DNA of 64,000 nt from assembly GCA_951406725.2 (NCBI GenBank), contig OX597840.1, forward strand, positions 37,758,001 to 37,822,000, written 5' to 3'. This document shows, piece by piece, positions 29,881-42,308 of the stretch (position 1 is its first letter; each line of letters begins with the position of its first letter). The position numbers were made by a program, and so were the translations under genes. The notes under the pieces were generated by a model. That model did not search any database, had not been told where the DNA came from, and was given only the letters and a program-made list of their open reading frames with translations. The DNA is from Octopus vulgaris (Eukaryota).

Positions 29881-30040
29881 CTACTACTACTACTATTACT
29901 ATTGCTACCACTATTACTAGTGCTATTGTGGCTACTACTACTAATACGACTACTACTACTACTATTGCTACAACAACAACAACAACTACTACTACAGATG
30001 AGGATGATGATGATGATTATAATCATGATGATGATGACTG

Positions 30041-30356
30041 CTTATTTAATCGACCCAGAGGGCGTGAAAGGCAAAGTCGACCTCGGCAGAATTTGAACTC
30101 AGAACGTAGCGGCAGACGAAATACTTATTTCTTTACTACCCACAAGGGGCTAAACACAGAGAGGACAAACAAGGACAGACAAACGGATTAAGTCGATTAT
30201 ATCGACCCTAGTGCGTGACTGGTACTTATCTAACCGACCTCGAAAGGATTAAAGGCAAAGTCGACCTCGGCGGAATTTGAACTCAGAACGTAATGCCGGA
30301 CGAAATATCACTAAGTATTTCGTCCGGCGTGCTAACGTTTCTGCCAGCTCGCCGCC
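30041..30356 (-). mobile_element. S1 SINE with ~1.5 tandem units
   Basis: Two copies of aaggcaaagtcgacctcggc.gaatttgaactcagaacgta. Head ends ctgccagctcgccgcc. Confidence 0.9.
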
Positions 30357-31139
30357 TTCATCGCCTGGAACACAATGTATCTGTTGAGACAATGTCGATT
30401 GGACGGAGAAGGTGCGCCAATATGTGGCACGAACATGTGATCACTATAAACAAATCATTTGCGCAGGTCCTTCGGCAAAAGCTGAACGCTCATAAGATGT
30501 CTTCGACTCCTAAGTCATCGAACCCACGAAGAAACCTAGAAAATATTTTGTAAAAATAATATCGATTTGGTTATGGAAAGACACAGCAGGGTACTGTACT
30601 GAGTAATTTATTTAGGAATTCATTCGGGTGTAACAAACAAATGCACAGCATTCGAAGCAACAGTTTTAACATTGTGTTTGGTCGACGCCTGTGCGTCGAA
30701 TGATATTAAACTACATTCACACAATTTACTGCTGTCATGTCGAAGACATTCTCATGTTTACAGACATATTGAAAGATAGGAATATGCGTTGGGGAACTTC
30801 GGGAGAAATTTTTATCTCCCAATTTAATATGAAACGTAGTTTATATAACAGAGTCAGCCCGCTTCATAAGTCAATGATTTTGGAAATATAGCGGTAAAAA
30901 CAGCAAATATATCGCTCCTTTCTGCACTAATGACATCAAAATAATTCTATAGATGCATGGCGGTGTTCAACGTAGACAAATATATAAAAGTTAGACAAAA
31001 AATATAAATAAAGAATGAAAAAATCTGTATCTAGAAAATTCTTTTGATGTCTCTCCGCAAAAATTTATAGAAAATAAAACAAACAATTGTCAATAGCTGA
31101 TATACAAATAATTTAGTAGACCAAACTTAGAGAGAAAAC

Positions 31140-31320
31140 AGATATGCGTTGAACACAATAAGTAGATAAAACGACATTACCTTCTACAGTAAAAAAATAA
31201 ACCGCATTCAATACAATAAGTAGATAAAAACAGACATTACCTACCACACTCATCAAATAACAACCGCATTCAGCAGAAAGAGGACGTAAAACAGACATTA
31301 CACTTACAGTTAGTAAAAAC
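31140..31320. repeat. Degenerate ~60-bp minisatellite x3
   Basis: Recurring aaccgcattca...taaaa(a)c(a)gacattac. Confidence 0.65.
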
Positions 31321-31569
31321 AAACTAACGTGAAATGTATTGCATGAACTGAATGCACCGCAAATATAAAGTAACGGAATAGGTCATCAAGAAAAATGTAT
31401 GGAACACAAACTGTATCACAGTCACATATATAAAGGCAATGCTAACGTAATAATTGTTATTGAGATACAAAGAAAAATGTATGTTTCTTATTAGCATAAA
31501 TAAGAGGAGATGTAACCAAGGAACTAACGAGATGGTGGGAGGGTGTCGTTGACTCGCGTTTAACTGCAA

Positions 31570-31862
31570 GCCCGTCGGTTATGACGACGCGGGTTCCAGT
31601 TGATCCGGTAAACACAATAGACTGCTCCTGGAGTTAACGTGCAAGTAGCTTAGCACTCACCAGACACGCGTATCCTTTAAATAATTCTCAGGGTTGTTCA
31701 GCGTAACATAGAGTATGACAAGGTCGGTACTTTGAAATACAAGTACCACTCATTTTTGCCAGCTGAGTGGACTGGAGTGAAATAAAGTCTCTTGCGAAAG
31801 GACAGAAGACGCCGCCAGATATCGAACTCGCAATTCTGAGCCGAATAATCTATCCACGCGCC
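31570..31862 (-). mobile_element. SINE sharing the S3 long 3' body but with a different head/core
   Basis: 31570-31740 aligns to 45822-45995. The upstream part (ctccagtccactcagctggcaaaaatgagt; B-box gagttcgatatc) differs. Confidence 0.75.
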
Positions 31863-32482
31863 TTGATTAGACAAAGTACTGTACTGTGGGATAGATGTTT
31901 TAGGAACCAACAGAACTCGAACGTATGTCGCAGTTGCAATCATAACATCGATGCTCAAACAGCTAGTAATGGCAGTTAAATATCTTTCAGATCTCATATT
32001 TTCTTTTGTATTATGGAAAGACAAGTCGCACAATCGAGTTTACAAAAAAAAAGCAGCTATTTCAGGTGGAACGTTTCAAAGAAGAAAACTTGTTGGTTCA
32101 TTAACGTTGAGCCTATTAACAGACGCTTATGGCTTTACACAACTTTGTATAATATACTTATATATATATATATATATATATTCACGAACATGTACATATG
32201 CATGTATGTGTGTGTATTTGAGCGTGTATGCGTGTATGTGTGTTTTGATATTCATACGATCCTGATGAGATGACAAATGTATGCTATGTAATATGCTTCT
32301 AATATAATCATTGTTTATATTCATGCTTTTATGTTTTAACGCATCTTAAACGACTTATCCAACACACATCTGTTGCTGAAAGAATTACTATGGTTTAATG
32401 TCAATACCACCATTCTTGTGATAGGAATATGTATACACACATATATAGATGAGTACATACATATGTTTCTATGTATCAATAT

Positions 32483-32567
<85 letters not shown>

Positions 32568-32799
32568 CTACTTCTCAGCGACAACTGTGATTGTCACACG
32601 CAGATAACGGGTCAATATCCAGAAACTCGAGTGCGTGTGTAACATAAGTTGAAGACGGGAAGGATGGCTTCCCTTTGCAAATACTGATAGGGCACAGGAA
32701 GTGTGTCTATAGCCAGCTGGAGGAGGCGTCCTCCTGGGGCTACGAACTACAGAAGCATCCACCCTTAGGCGTTAGCCATATTTAAATGGCAAATATACG

Positions 32800-32803
<4 letters not shown>
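32568..32803 (+). mobile_element. (TA)n-flanked ~235-bp element with degenerate hammerhead-like motif
   Basis: 32595-32639 reads cacacg-CAGATAA-cgggtcaatatcca-GAAAC-tcga-GTG-cgtgtg (stem I cacacg/cgtgtg, palindromic ACTCGAGT). Confidence 0.55.
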
Positions 32804-32845
<42 letters not shown>

Positions 32846-33567
32846 CCTACATACATATGTACGCACATGTATATATATACATACATGTACCAGTGTAGAC
32901 CTTAAGAAAATGTAAGTACAACATACCTCATCTTATGATTTGGGATAGAGAAGAGAACTTGTGCCCAGTTCTCGAAATAAGCTGCCCGGCGGATGTTAAT
33001 ACAAGGCTGAAATATCAGAGAAAAAGTGAACGCTTGTGTTGAATTATTGAGATATTTATACGTAAACTATTTGCAATTAATCAGAGTTGAAAATGAATAA
33101 TAAGTAAAAAAAAAATTAGGGAATTACAAATTATGTAAGACAGAGTCGGAAAGTGATTGCATCTATATGAAAGAAAATTTCATGGTTCCAAAATTCACTT
33201 TCTTTTACTCTCTCTCTCAGACGTCTGTCACTTTACCTCTTTGTCTTTCCTTCTGTCTGGTTGCTTCTCTGGTTGCCCCTCTCTCTTTCTCTCCCTCTCT
33301 TTCTTGATCTGTCAGCTTCGATATATCTCTGTAAAAAAGCCATTGAATGTTTGCGATTAACTTAGTGTAAAATTGTTATTGATGAATAATAATTCTCCGG
33401 CGAGACACGAAGAAGAAAAAAAGTATTTATTTGTTAATTATAAACAATGAATAGGATCAAAAGATATCGCACTAACGAATTTTTTTTTACACTATTTGGT
33501 GTTCTAGTTTTTTTCCTTTATCTTTGTCCTGGTTCCTCTTCCCTATTTAATCTTTCCACCATTTTTT

Positions 33568-33616
<49 letters not shown>

Positions 33617-33998
33617 AAGTGGATACTAATCTACAAGAGATAAACTGCAGATAATTCTTAACTTATTGAATTGTAATTCAAACAAGACTTGTTGGGAAAG
33701 GTTTATATAAAATATGTCGGTTTTATATAAACCTTTCAACGATTGGCACAAAGCCTGCAATTTTGGTAGAGGGGCCAAATGGATTAGAGCGACACCTGCA
33801 TGCAACGGGTATTTATTTTATCGACGACCGAAAGTATAGAAGCGTGAAACAGGACATGAAATGGGTTGTAACACCGCGGCACATTGTGCCTGGCGTGTTA
33901 CGGATTGGGACAGTTTACTAATTTTTGTGGATTCTATGTAATGAAGCGAACGATTCTTGCATCTGTGTGTGTGTGATGCACTTCTGTTTCTGTAAATC

Positions 33999-34048
<50 letters not shown>

Positions 34049-34110
34049 ATATATATATATTAAATTCTTCAAAAGACAAAGTTTCTTTGCACAGGAATTT
34101 GTTAACAATA

Positions 34111-34431
34111 TTCTTTTCTGCCCAAGGTACAAGGCCGGAAATTTTGGGGAAAGGGGCCAGTGAATTAGATTGATTCCAGTACGCAACTGGTAATTAATTT
34201 ATCGATCCCGAAAGAATGAAAGGCAAAGTCGACTTCGGCAGAATTTGAACTCAGAACATAGCGGGATAACAAATATATACTTCCATACTACCCACTACAC
34301 TTATTTAATCGACCCCGAAAGGATGAAAGGCAAAGTCAACCTCGGCGGAATTTGAACTCAGAACATAGCAGGAGACGAAATACCGGTAAGCATTTCGCCC
34401 GGCGTTCTAACGTTTCTGCCAACTCGCCGCC
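34111..34431 (-). mobile_element. S1 SINE with duplicated core; TSD-like ttaacaatatt flanks
   Basis: Intact head (ttctgccaactcgccgcc) and two core copies. A more decayed S1 copy lies at ~33740-33915. Confidence 0.85.
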
Positions 34432-34559
34432 TTGATTTATTAACAATATTAAAACCACTCCTGAATATGTATTCTTCATTGATGAGTAAAACTTTGTCCA
34501 ACGCCATAATTCTATCAAGGAAACTGAGAAACGGTTAAGGAGCGGGTCCTTCTGATTTA

Positions 34560-34915
34560 CCCTGTGTGATGCACCCTAAAATTCCAGCTGCACATGTGAA
34601 CATAGCTAACGTCTTTCAAAAGAGTTTTAGGATTAACCTGGTTACCTTGAGGTGTTGGAGAATATTATTAAGCTATGGTTGGATGAATTGTGCAGTGGAA
34701 GGCCGCAGATGGTTTATCAGGATCCATCGCCCTGTCACTAAGTTCACATGGGTCACGAGTGCATGTCTGACAATCTTTACAGTCTTGTAACACCAAACAT
34801 TTGGCCTCCAATCTTAATAGATTTCAATGCCATACTCTAAGATCTGTGGAATCTTTCTGGAAAATCAACTAATTTACATCATCATAATAGCATAGTTTCA
34901 CTGAAGGCAATATTA
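34560..34915 (+). pseudogene. Tc1/mariner (maT/DD37D-like) transposase catalytic-domain remnant
   Basis: Frame-shifted VLENIIKLWLDELCSGRP..YQD and VTPNIWPPILIDFNAIL*DLW...TNLHHHNSIVSLKA resemble VLE.vvKPW....gRPy.fQQD / WPP.SPDLNPLDY.vW...tN..ph.....LKa. Confidence 0.7.
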
Positions 34916-35359
34916 GAATAAATAAAGGACATTTAGTGTAAGTATGACAATGATACCATTTCTCCAGTGAAAGAGTCATCGGATCTGATGTAGGATTTAC
35001 AGAATAATTTTCTAAGAAATATTCTGGAAAACCTTTGCACAAATTTCTATTAAAAGAAAATTGTATTTTCTTTTTCTGTAGAATACAGGTGGTTTATTAA
35101 AACACTAAATATGTCCTCAAAACCTCTGGCATCTACCAACCTGTGAGTATATGCGTTTGTGACGTGTGTGTGGGAGAGGTCTGTGGGGGCAGCGCGTGTG
35201 GGAGGTGTGTATGTGTGCAGTGTGTGTGTGTACGTGCGTTGCATGTGCCTGTGTGTATGTGTCACTCTTTCTTGACATATATACATTTATATATACTGTA
35301 TGTATATATATGTGCATATTTAAACTATAGCATACTATATCTATCTATCTCTTTCTCTG

Positions 35360-35440
<81 letters not shown>

Positions 35441-35445
<5 letters not shown>

Positions 35446-35622
35446 TTTTCAATATGACTACAAACAATCTTCGTCGTGTTTTTCAATATAACTGCAAATA
35501 CATCGCTGTGTAGGTGCACAGAATTCTATAAATATTTAAATATTTGATATCTATAACAATACTTATCAGGCAGAATACGATACATAAGTGTATGTGTGTG
35601 TGTGTGTCTGTGTGTATGTGTA

Positions 35623-35663
<41 letters not shown>

Positions 35664-36032
35664 CTGCTGGTTTATGTAAGCCCCTATGCAGGAGTGTATG
35701 TGTGTTTGCAAGTATATATGTGCCTAAATATATATGTAAAAATGTGATCTATCAGAACGTATACATATTTACAGTTTGCATACACACCCACAAACTCACC
35801 AGTATACAGAAGCACACACACACACACAAACTCACCAGTATACAGAAGCACACACACACACACACACTCGTGTGTGTTTGTATTTGTGTGTGTATTCATA
35901 TTTCGTTACGTCTGGTAAGTAATGTTATAAATATCAAATATTTATAGAACTCGATGCACCTACAGAGTAATGTATTAGTTCTCTCATATTTTTTTTCTAT
36001 GTGTGTGTTTATTTGTCGTATTAAGAAACACG
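35441..36032. mobile_element. MITE-like element with imperfect long TIRs around a (TG)/(CA) interior
   Basis: cgtgtttttcaatatgac pairs with gtcgtattaagaaacacg. aatacatcgctgtgtaggtgcacagaattctataaatattt pairs with aaatatttatagaactcgatgcacctacagagtaatgtatt. Confidence 0.6.
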
Positions 36033-36665
36033 ATGAAACATACTTAGCTTACCGAGGCGGATGTCTGTAAGAAAAAAAAAATATATGTAACTCTGTTATC
36101 TTCGGAATTTATTTTCTTCGCAGAATAGAAACTAGAGACACCCTGTACGTCTTTCTACATTTACGTCGACCATAGATTTTCTCGAAGCATTTAGTTAACA
36201 CATCCATACTTATAGACATAAGCGCGCACGCTTATGCTTCTAGGTAAGAATACACAACACAAAAAGAGATATATAGGTGTGTGTGTGTGTGTGTGTGTGT
36301 AATTTTAAAATTTAGAATTGTGTCATGCTCAGTTGTTTAGTTAAGCTGTTCGATTTGCAGTCATGTGGTCCCGGGTTCAGAGCCTCACAGCGGCACCTTA
36401 AAGAAGTGTCCTCACTTTAGTCAGGGGCCTAGTAATGCCTTGTATGTGTGGATTATTTTGATAGAAACTGCGCAAATGCCTGTTGTCTGTCTGTCTGTCT
36501 GTCTATTTGTATATATGTCATTATTCAGTTATGTATGGTTACGGTTATGTATGTAGGATATGTATGATTACAGTAACCATATATATCTTACATCTATTTT
36601 CTTTCCTCCACCTCACTCTCTATTTGTATTACATCGAAACTAACTATTAATTTTTCTCTCATACC

Positions 36666-36717
36666 GTCTCCGATGAAGAGATATTATTAATTAATATTCT
36701 AGAAACAGCTGTAAGAC
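36666..36717 (+). ncRNA. Minimal hammerhead-like motif (U4C core), family C
   Basis: gtct-CCGATGA-agagatatta-ttaat-taatattct-a-GAAAC-agct-GTA-agac, with palindromic ACAGCTGT stem III. Confidence 0.65.
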
Positions 36718-36860
36718 CTTCTATCGATAAATGCTCTAATATCTATACAGCTTTGGTTTTTTTTATCTCATTACGCAAAAATTCACACAGACACACACAC
36801 ATATATATAAATATATACATATATACATATGCATATACATATACATATATATATATATAT

Positions 36861-37060
36861 AACGGGAAGCTTTATGAAAATAAACAAAAAACGAAGGCAG
36901 GTGGAGTACAATCAAACAATTATATTAGTATGGCGCTCAGGAATAGAAATAGAACAAGTCTTTTACGTTTCGAGCCTACGTTCTTCGACAGAAAGATACA
37001 CAGAAAAGAAACAAGGAGAGAAACAAGGAGAGAAAAGATGCGTGTAGGAGCTAACGGTCT
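36861..37060 (-). mobile_element. Family B element with hammerhead-like motif (A6U core)
   Basis: Minus strand 36996-36959 reads tcttt-CTGTCGA-A-GAAC-gtag-GCTC-GAAAC-GTA-aaaga. Confidence 0.8.
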
Positions 37061-37077
37061 ATCTATCTATTTTCTAT

Positions 37078-37193
<116 letters not shown>

Positions 37194-37194
37194 T

Positions 37195-37415
37195 GTGTGT
37201 GTGTCTTTGCGTCTGTGTTTGTATCCCCATTACCAATTCATAACCAGTGTTGATGTGTTCACGTTCCTGTAACTTAGCGGTTCAGGGAAAACCCGATAGA
37301 ATAAGTATTAGAATAAGTAGGTCCTGGGTTCGATTTGTGAGACTAAAACCCTTCAAGGCGGTGCTCCAGCATGTCCGCAGTCAAATGACTGAAACAAGCA
37401 AAAAGAATAAAAGAA
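37195..37415 (+). mobile_element. S2 SINE 3' half (a decayed 5' half lies at ~36330-36490)
   Basis: gtaacttagcggttc...ggcggtgctccagcatgtccgcagtcaaatgactgaaacaag. Confidence 0.85.
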
Positions 37416-37829
37416 TACAAGCATAATATGATATCGTATTATTTAGCAGTGTTAGATGCGTGTGGGGGGAATGTGTGTTAGGAAGAAAGAAGGGGAATGA
37501 AACGTGAGGCGAAAGAAAATATTGTGAAAATATCAGACAAAGGTCAGATATACACCGCACAGAAGGGAATCAGTGTAGGGAACAATAAAAGGTCAATTCA
37601 ATCAAATACAGCGAACGGGCAAACAAAACGACAAAGATCACGAGTTTAGGATTTTGTGGTTATTTAGTTCCCGGTCACACATGATCGACTGAAGTCCGTG
37701 TTTTCGTCTCTTGGGAGGGACGTTCATTCATGTGGAAAAGATAGGATGTGGCTTGTTGCCACTCTATAGTAAATACGTGGGTAACATTTGCGCACACGAT
37801 TTGCAAAAATATCAGTGAAGTCACTATGA

Positions 37830-38129
37830 TCTATTATAATTATAATCTTGTGTTTTTCTCCGTCACAACATATGAATGAGAAAGGAAGGGGTGATAGATG
37901 AATAAGAGAAAGGTGATGGAAATCTTGTGGGATGGTGAACATTCAACGCTGAAAAGAAAAATCAAACATCGTTTAAACTTTGTGTGCGTATATGTGTTTA
38001 TGTGTGTGTATGAGTGAAGTATGTGAATGTATGTGAACATTGACAAGTGTATTCATTTGATTTACCATCCATACTTCTATATAAAATGCTACAATTAGCC
38101 GTTGTTTTTAACGTCAAGGGACCAGAGAG
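37830..38129 (+). mobile_element. Non-autonomous Helitron, older internally deleted copy
   Basis: Homologous to the reverse complement of 40349-40870. Starts A|TC; decayed 3' hairpin gccgttgtttttaacgtc and decayed CTAG. Confidence 0.7.
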
Positions 38130-38751
38130 TATATTAAATAAAAGAGGACCTAGTCGGGTATACTCGTGAAAAATATTGTTTCTCGCGCCGTACAAAGGGC
38201 TAAGGAGACTACACGACAGCATCGATTCAAATACATTTTATTATTTTTTTCTATCTTTGGCTAAAAGTTTAAAAGTCACAGACGATCACGGAGGTACATC
38301 AACTCAGAACATATAAGGCAGGAAAAATGTCTGAACCAATTTCATCTGACGCTCCAACGATTCTGAATTGCCAATTTATAACACTGTTGGCTTTCTGAAT
38401 GGTCAACAGTGCTATGAATTCGATCATAGGTCTACTATAAAAGGGTCGATTAAGGGCTAAATAGAAGGAACTACAAAAAGTAAAATTCAAGAACTGGTCA
38501 CTGGATATTATAAATTAATGGGCTAGAAACAACAGTTAAATAACCCTCGACAGAGACACCCAGTCATCACGTTAGTTGGATATTATTGGATATTTCTATT
38601 GATCTTTATCAAATCACTAAGGAAGGTTTTTCACACAGACATTAAAATCGATGCATCGGATTACAGCGGTAAACATAATCAAGATGGACAATAATACAAA
38701 CAAGCAATACACACACGCACGCACACATTTAGCGTGTGTGTGTATGTATAG

Positions 38752-38783
<32 letters not shown>

Positions 38784-38839
38784 GTATATATATGTATGTA
38801 TATTTGTATATGCATGTATATATGTATATGTATGTATGC

Positions 38840-38886
<47 letters not shown>

Positions 38887-38887
<1 letters not shown>

Positions 38888-39094
38888 TTTATTTAAAGCA
38901 GTAGAAAATTCAACAAAACTTGTTACTCTGAGATTCACGTTGCCGTTCGTCGGACAATTTTTGCAAAAACTGTCCGACGAATGGCAACGTGAAACTCAGA
39001 GTAACAAGTTTTGTTGAATTTTCTGCTGCTTTAATTAAAGCATATTACTCTACCACTGGTATTTGAGTACTCATTTTTCCACCTTGTTTCACGG
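38887..39094. mobile_element. Fold-back element: 154-bp spacer-less palindrome carrying a hammerhead-like motif in each arm, plus unique tail
   Basis: Arms 38887-38963 and 38964-39040 (77 bp, 5 mismatches). The + arm reads aaaactgt-CCGACGA-atg-gcaa-cgt-GAAAC-tcaga-GTA-acaagtttt. Confidence 0.85.
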
Positions 39095-39499
39095 TATATA
39101 TATATATATATATGAGTGTGTATACACATATAAATGTATACATACTTATGTAGGTATGTATTATATGTATACAACATGTGAGTGTCTGTGTGTAGACAGA
39201 TTGACAGACGATCGAATGTTTATAGTGTTGGAAATACATAATTGGAAAGACATTAACTGCCATCAATAAATGTTATCAAAATAAACGCGTGGAGTGAGGG
39301 TCAACGTTGAGTCGCTGTTTTGAAATATATGCCTGGAATTTGTGGAGTTAATTGGTCTTTCAGACAAGGGTGTCATAACTTGTCTTGAAATATTCACGTT
39401 AGGAATTCGTATCGAACAAGAAATTAATTAATTGTTTCCAGGTAAATAATAGTTGATGTACACGGTACTAAAGGATTATTTTTGCCTCTTGTAATTCAT

Positions 39500-39973
39500 A
39501 TGTTTCGCTCGTTAGACTGCGGCCATGCTGGGGCACCACCTATGAGAATTTTTTGTTGAATGATTCGTCCATAAGACTTTTTTTTTAAAGTCCAGTACTT
39601 ATCTTACAGATCTCTTTTAGCCGAGCCACTAAGTTACACGGACCTAAACACACCCACCAGCACCGGTTTCTAAGCGGTGTTGCGGCACACACGCACACAC
39701 ACTCACACACACACACACATACACACACACGCACGCACACACACACACACACACACTCAAATGCACACAGATAAATACAGATATATATATATATATATAT
39801 AACAATTGCAGCGTGGAAGGTGTTTGTAAGCCATTTAAGAAACACACAAAAGCCATTCGATTCACTTCAACATTTAAGTTTAATTTGTCAAAATATTTTT
39901 GTCGCTATAAGACCGCGGCCTGTTCACTGACAAAAGTCTGTGCTGCATCTCTTGCTATGCAAGTACATCTCCG

Positions 39974-40024
<51 letters not shown>

Positions 40025-40152
40025 CGACGGGCTTCTTTCAGTTTCCGTCTACCAAATCGTCTCACAAGGCTTTAGTCGGCTATAGTAGAAGACAACTGCT
40101 TCCGGTGCCACACAGTGGAATCGAACCCAGGACCTCGAGGTTGGGTAGCGAG
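39500..40152 (-). mobile_element. S2 SINE with a nested element in its internal microsatellite
   Basis: 3' half 39500-39690 and 5' half 40020-40152 on the same strand, in the correct order. Confidence 0.8.
39801..39974 (-). mobile_element. (TA)n-flanked ~175-bp element with a G3-C8 hammerhead-like motif (family F)
   Basis: Minus strand 39934-39884 reads tttgtca-GTGAACA-g-gccgc-ggtcttata-gcgac-AAAA-atat-TT-tgacaaa. Confidence 0.55.
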
Positions 40153-40348
40153 CTTCTTACCACACGCCCACGAGTTTATATTTCAAGTCTTTCAGATAAT
40201 GTCCTTTGTCGAGTGAACTATTTCTGTAGTACCATTATCATACTAACAACTACCTATTATTTCGTTTTAGAATGACCATTGTTGTATGCAATATTGGTAC
40301 ACCAAGTGTTACTCAAGTGTATTTAAAGCATTATCATTATAAGTACAA

Positions 40349-40588
40349 CTAGCTGGCCCCGTGCCATCAAAAATGACGGCTAATTGTAGTATTCTATACA
40401 CAAATATGGTACATATTGATCACACATACAAACATTCACACACTTCCCTTGTACACGCACACACATACACACTCATACACAACACACACATATATACTGA
40501 CGCAGAGTTGAAACGCCGATCGATTTTTCTTTTCAGAGTTGAATGTTCACCATCCCACTCCCATTGCACACGCACACGCACACGCACG

Positions 40589-40640
<52 letters not shown>

Positions 40641-40870
40641 CACACACACACGTACACATTGACCTTTTTCCACCGTAGAATTTCCATCATCCCACTACTA
40701 AGTTAGCCCTTCCTTCCATATTCATCTATCACCCCTTCCTTTCTCATTTATATGTTGTGACGGAGAAATACAAAAGACAACAAAAAGATATTATTGTAAG
40801 TACAATCCCTGTAACAGATTTATACGGACAGTACTATAACACATAGAGCTGATATTATAATACTAGGAGA
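40349..40870 (-). mobile_element. Non-autonomous Helitron (522 bp) with internal (CA)n
   Basis: Minus strand: A|TC...gccgtca-tttt-tgatggc hairpin, 10 nt, CTAG|T. These are canonical Helitron termini and an AT target. Confidence 0.85.
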
Positions 40871-41347
40871 TAAAAGGTAATGTCGACCTTGGCGGAATTT
40901 GAACTCGGAACGTAACGGTAGACGAAATACCTATTTCTTTACTACCCACAAGGGGCTAAACACAGAAGGGACAAACAAAAACAGACAAACGGATTAAGTC
41001 GATTATATCGATCCCAGTGCGTAACCGGTGCTTATTTAATCGACCCCGAAAGGATGAAAGGCAAAGTCGACCTCGGCGGAATTTGAACTCAGAACGTAAC
41101 GGCAGACGAAATACCTATTTCTTTATTAACCACAAGAGGCTAAACACAGAGGGGACAAACAAGGACAGAAGAAGGGATTAAGTCGATTATATTAACTCCA
41201 GTGCGTAACCGGTACTTATCTAATCGACCCCGAAATGATGAAAGGCAAAGTCAACCACGGCGAAATTTGAACTCAGAACGTAACGGCAGATGAAATACCG
41301 CGTAACATCTCGCCCGGCGTGGTAACGCTTCTGCCAGCTCTCCGCCT
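40871..41347 (-). mobile_element. S1 SINE with ~2.3 tandem ~184-bp units
   Basis: Three repeats of gaatttgaactc.gaacgtaacgg.aga.gaaatacc and a single head. Confidence 0.9.
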
Positions 41348-41421
41348 TATTGCTATATTAATATTGCTATACTAGAAAACAAGATGGTGTATTATAAATG
41401 GTCATTATTATACTACAGTGT

Positions 41422-41608
41422 CGGCGAGCTGGCAGAAGTTGTATATCATCTGTCTTCGTGTTCCAAGTTCAAATTCCACCGAGGTCGACTTTACCTTTCA
41501 TCCTTTCGGGGTCGGTAAAATAAGTACCGTTTGATCACAGAGATCGATGCAATCGACTTACCGCCTCATCCGATCTTCCTGTCCTTGTGTTAAATTTTAA
41601 ATAAGTAT
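41422..41608 (+). mobile_element. S1 SINE monomer
   Basis: cggcgagctggcagaa...gaggtcgactttacctttcatcctttcggggtcggtaaaataagtacc. Confidence 0.85.
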
Positions 41609-42189
41609 TATGCTACAATCAGTATAATATTATTTCATTAAATCTTATTATGTAATTTGTAGATTTAACATTGTTATATTAACATTGCCATAGCAACAGA
41701 TTCGATGACGTATTTTAAATCATAATTGTTATCATGTGCTGACAATACTATAATGTAATCTGTAGTTACCATCACTTTGGTAACTGATGAGATATTTTAC
41801 TTTAAAGAGACATCAGTGCTCTGTTACATTGCATAATGTGATTTGATTTTAGTATAATGCAGTCGTTAGAGTCGTATTAACAAATATGAATTTTCTAGGT
41901 TAAAAGATGCTGAAAGTCAGAAGAATGGTGTGGGTGAGCATTTTAGGTAAGCAGTTGACTGAAGTAGTCCTCAACAGACTGTTTTGTACTGGGAAAAAGG
42001 TTGACGCGCCACAGTTGATACCTTTCAGCGATTGAGGTTGGCTGCAGGGGATTGATTAGAAGTCCAGAAGATTTGATTAGTGAAAAGTGATCAGGTGTGA
42101 CGTTTCAGTGGTTGTAGTGACTCTTGAATTGCAATGAAGTCGAACACGAAGTTTGAATGGTTTTTAGCTGTAGGGCCACTGCTTTTCGT

Positions 42190-42308
42190 ACGAGATGCAA
42201 AGGACTGCACAAGTCGGTTGTGACAGATGAAATACGGGAAGCAATGAACGGCTGCACGAGTCACAAATTGACAGGTTTGGATAATCTTCTCTTTGATCTT
42301 TACGAAAG
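42190..42308 (+). pseudogene. L1/Tx1-like RT N-terminal scrap
   Basis: CKGLHKSVVTDEIREAMNGCTSHKLTGLDNLLFDLY resembles the EI..A......KspGlDGlp.e.Y motif that precedes non-LTR RT domains. Confidence 0.5.
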
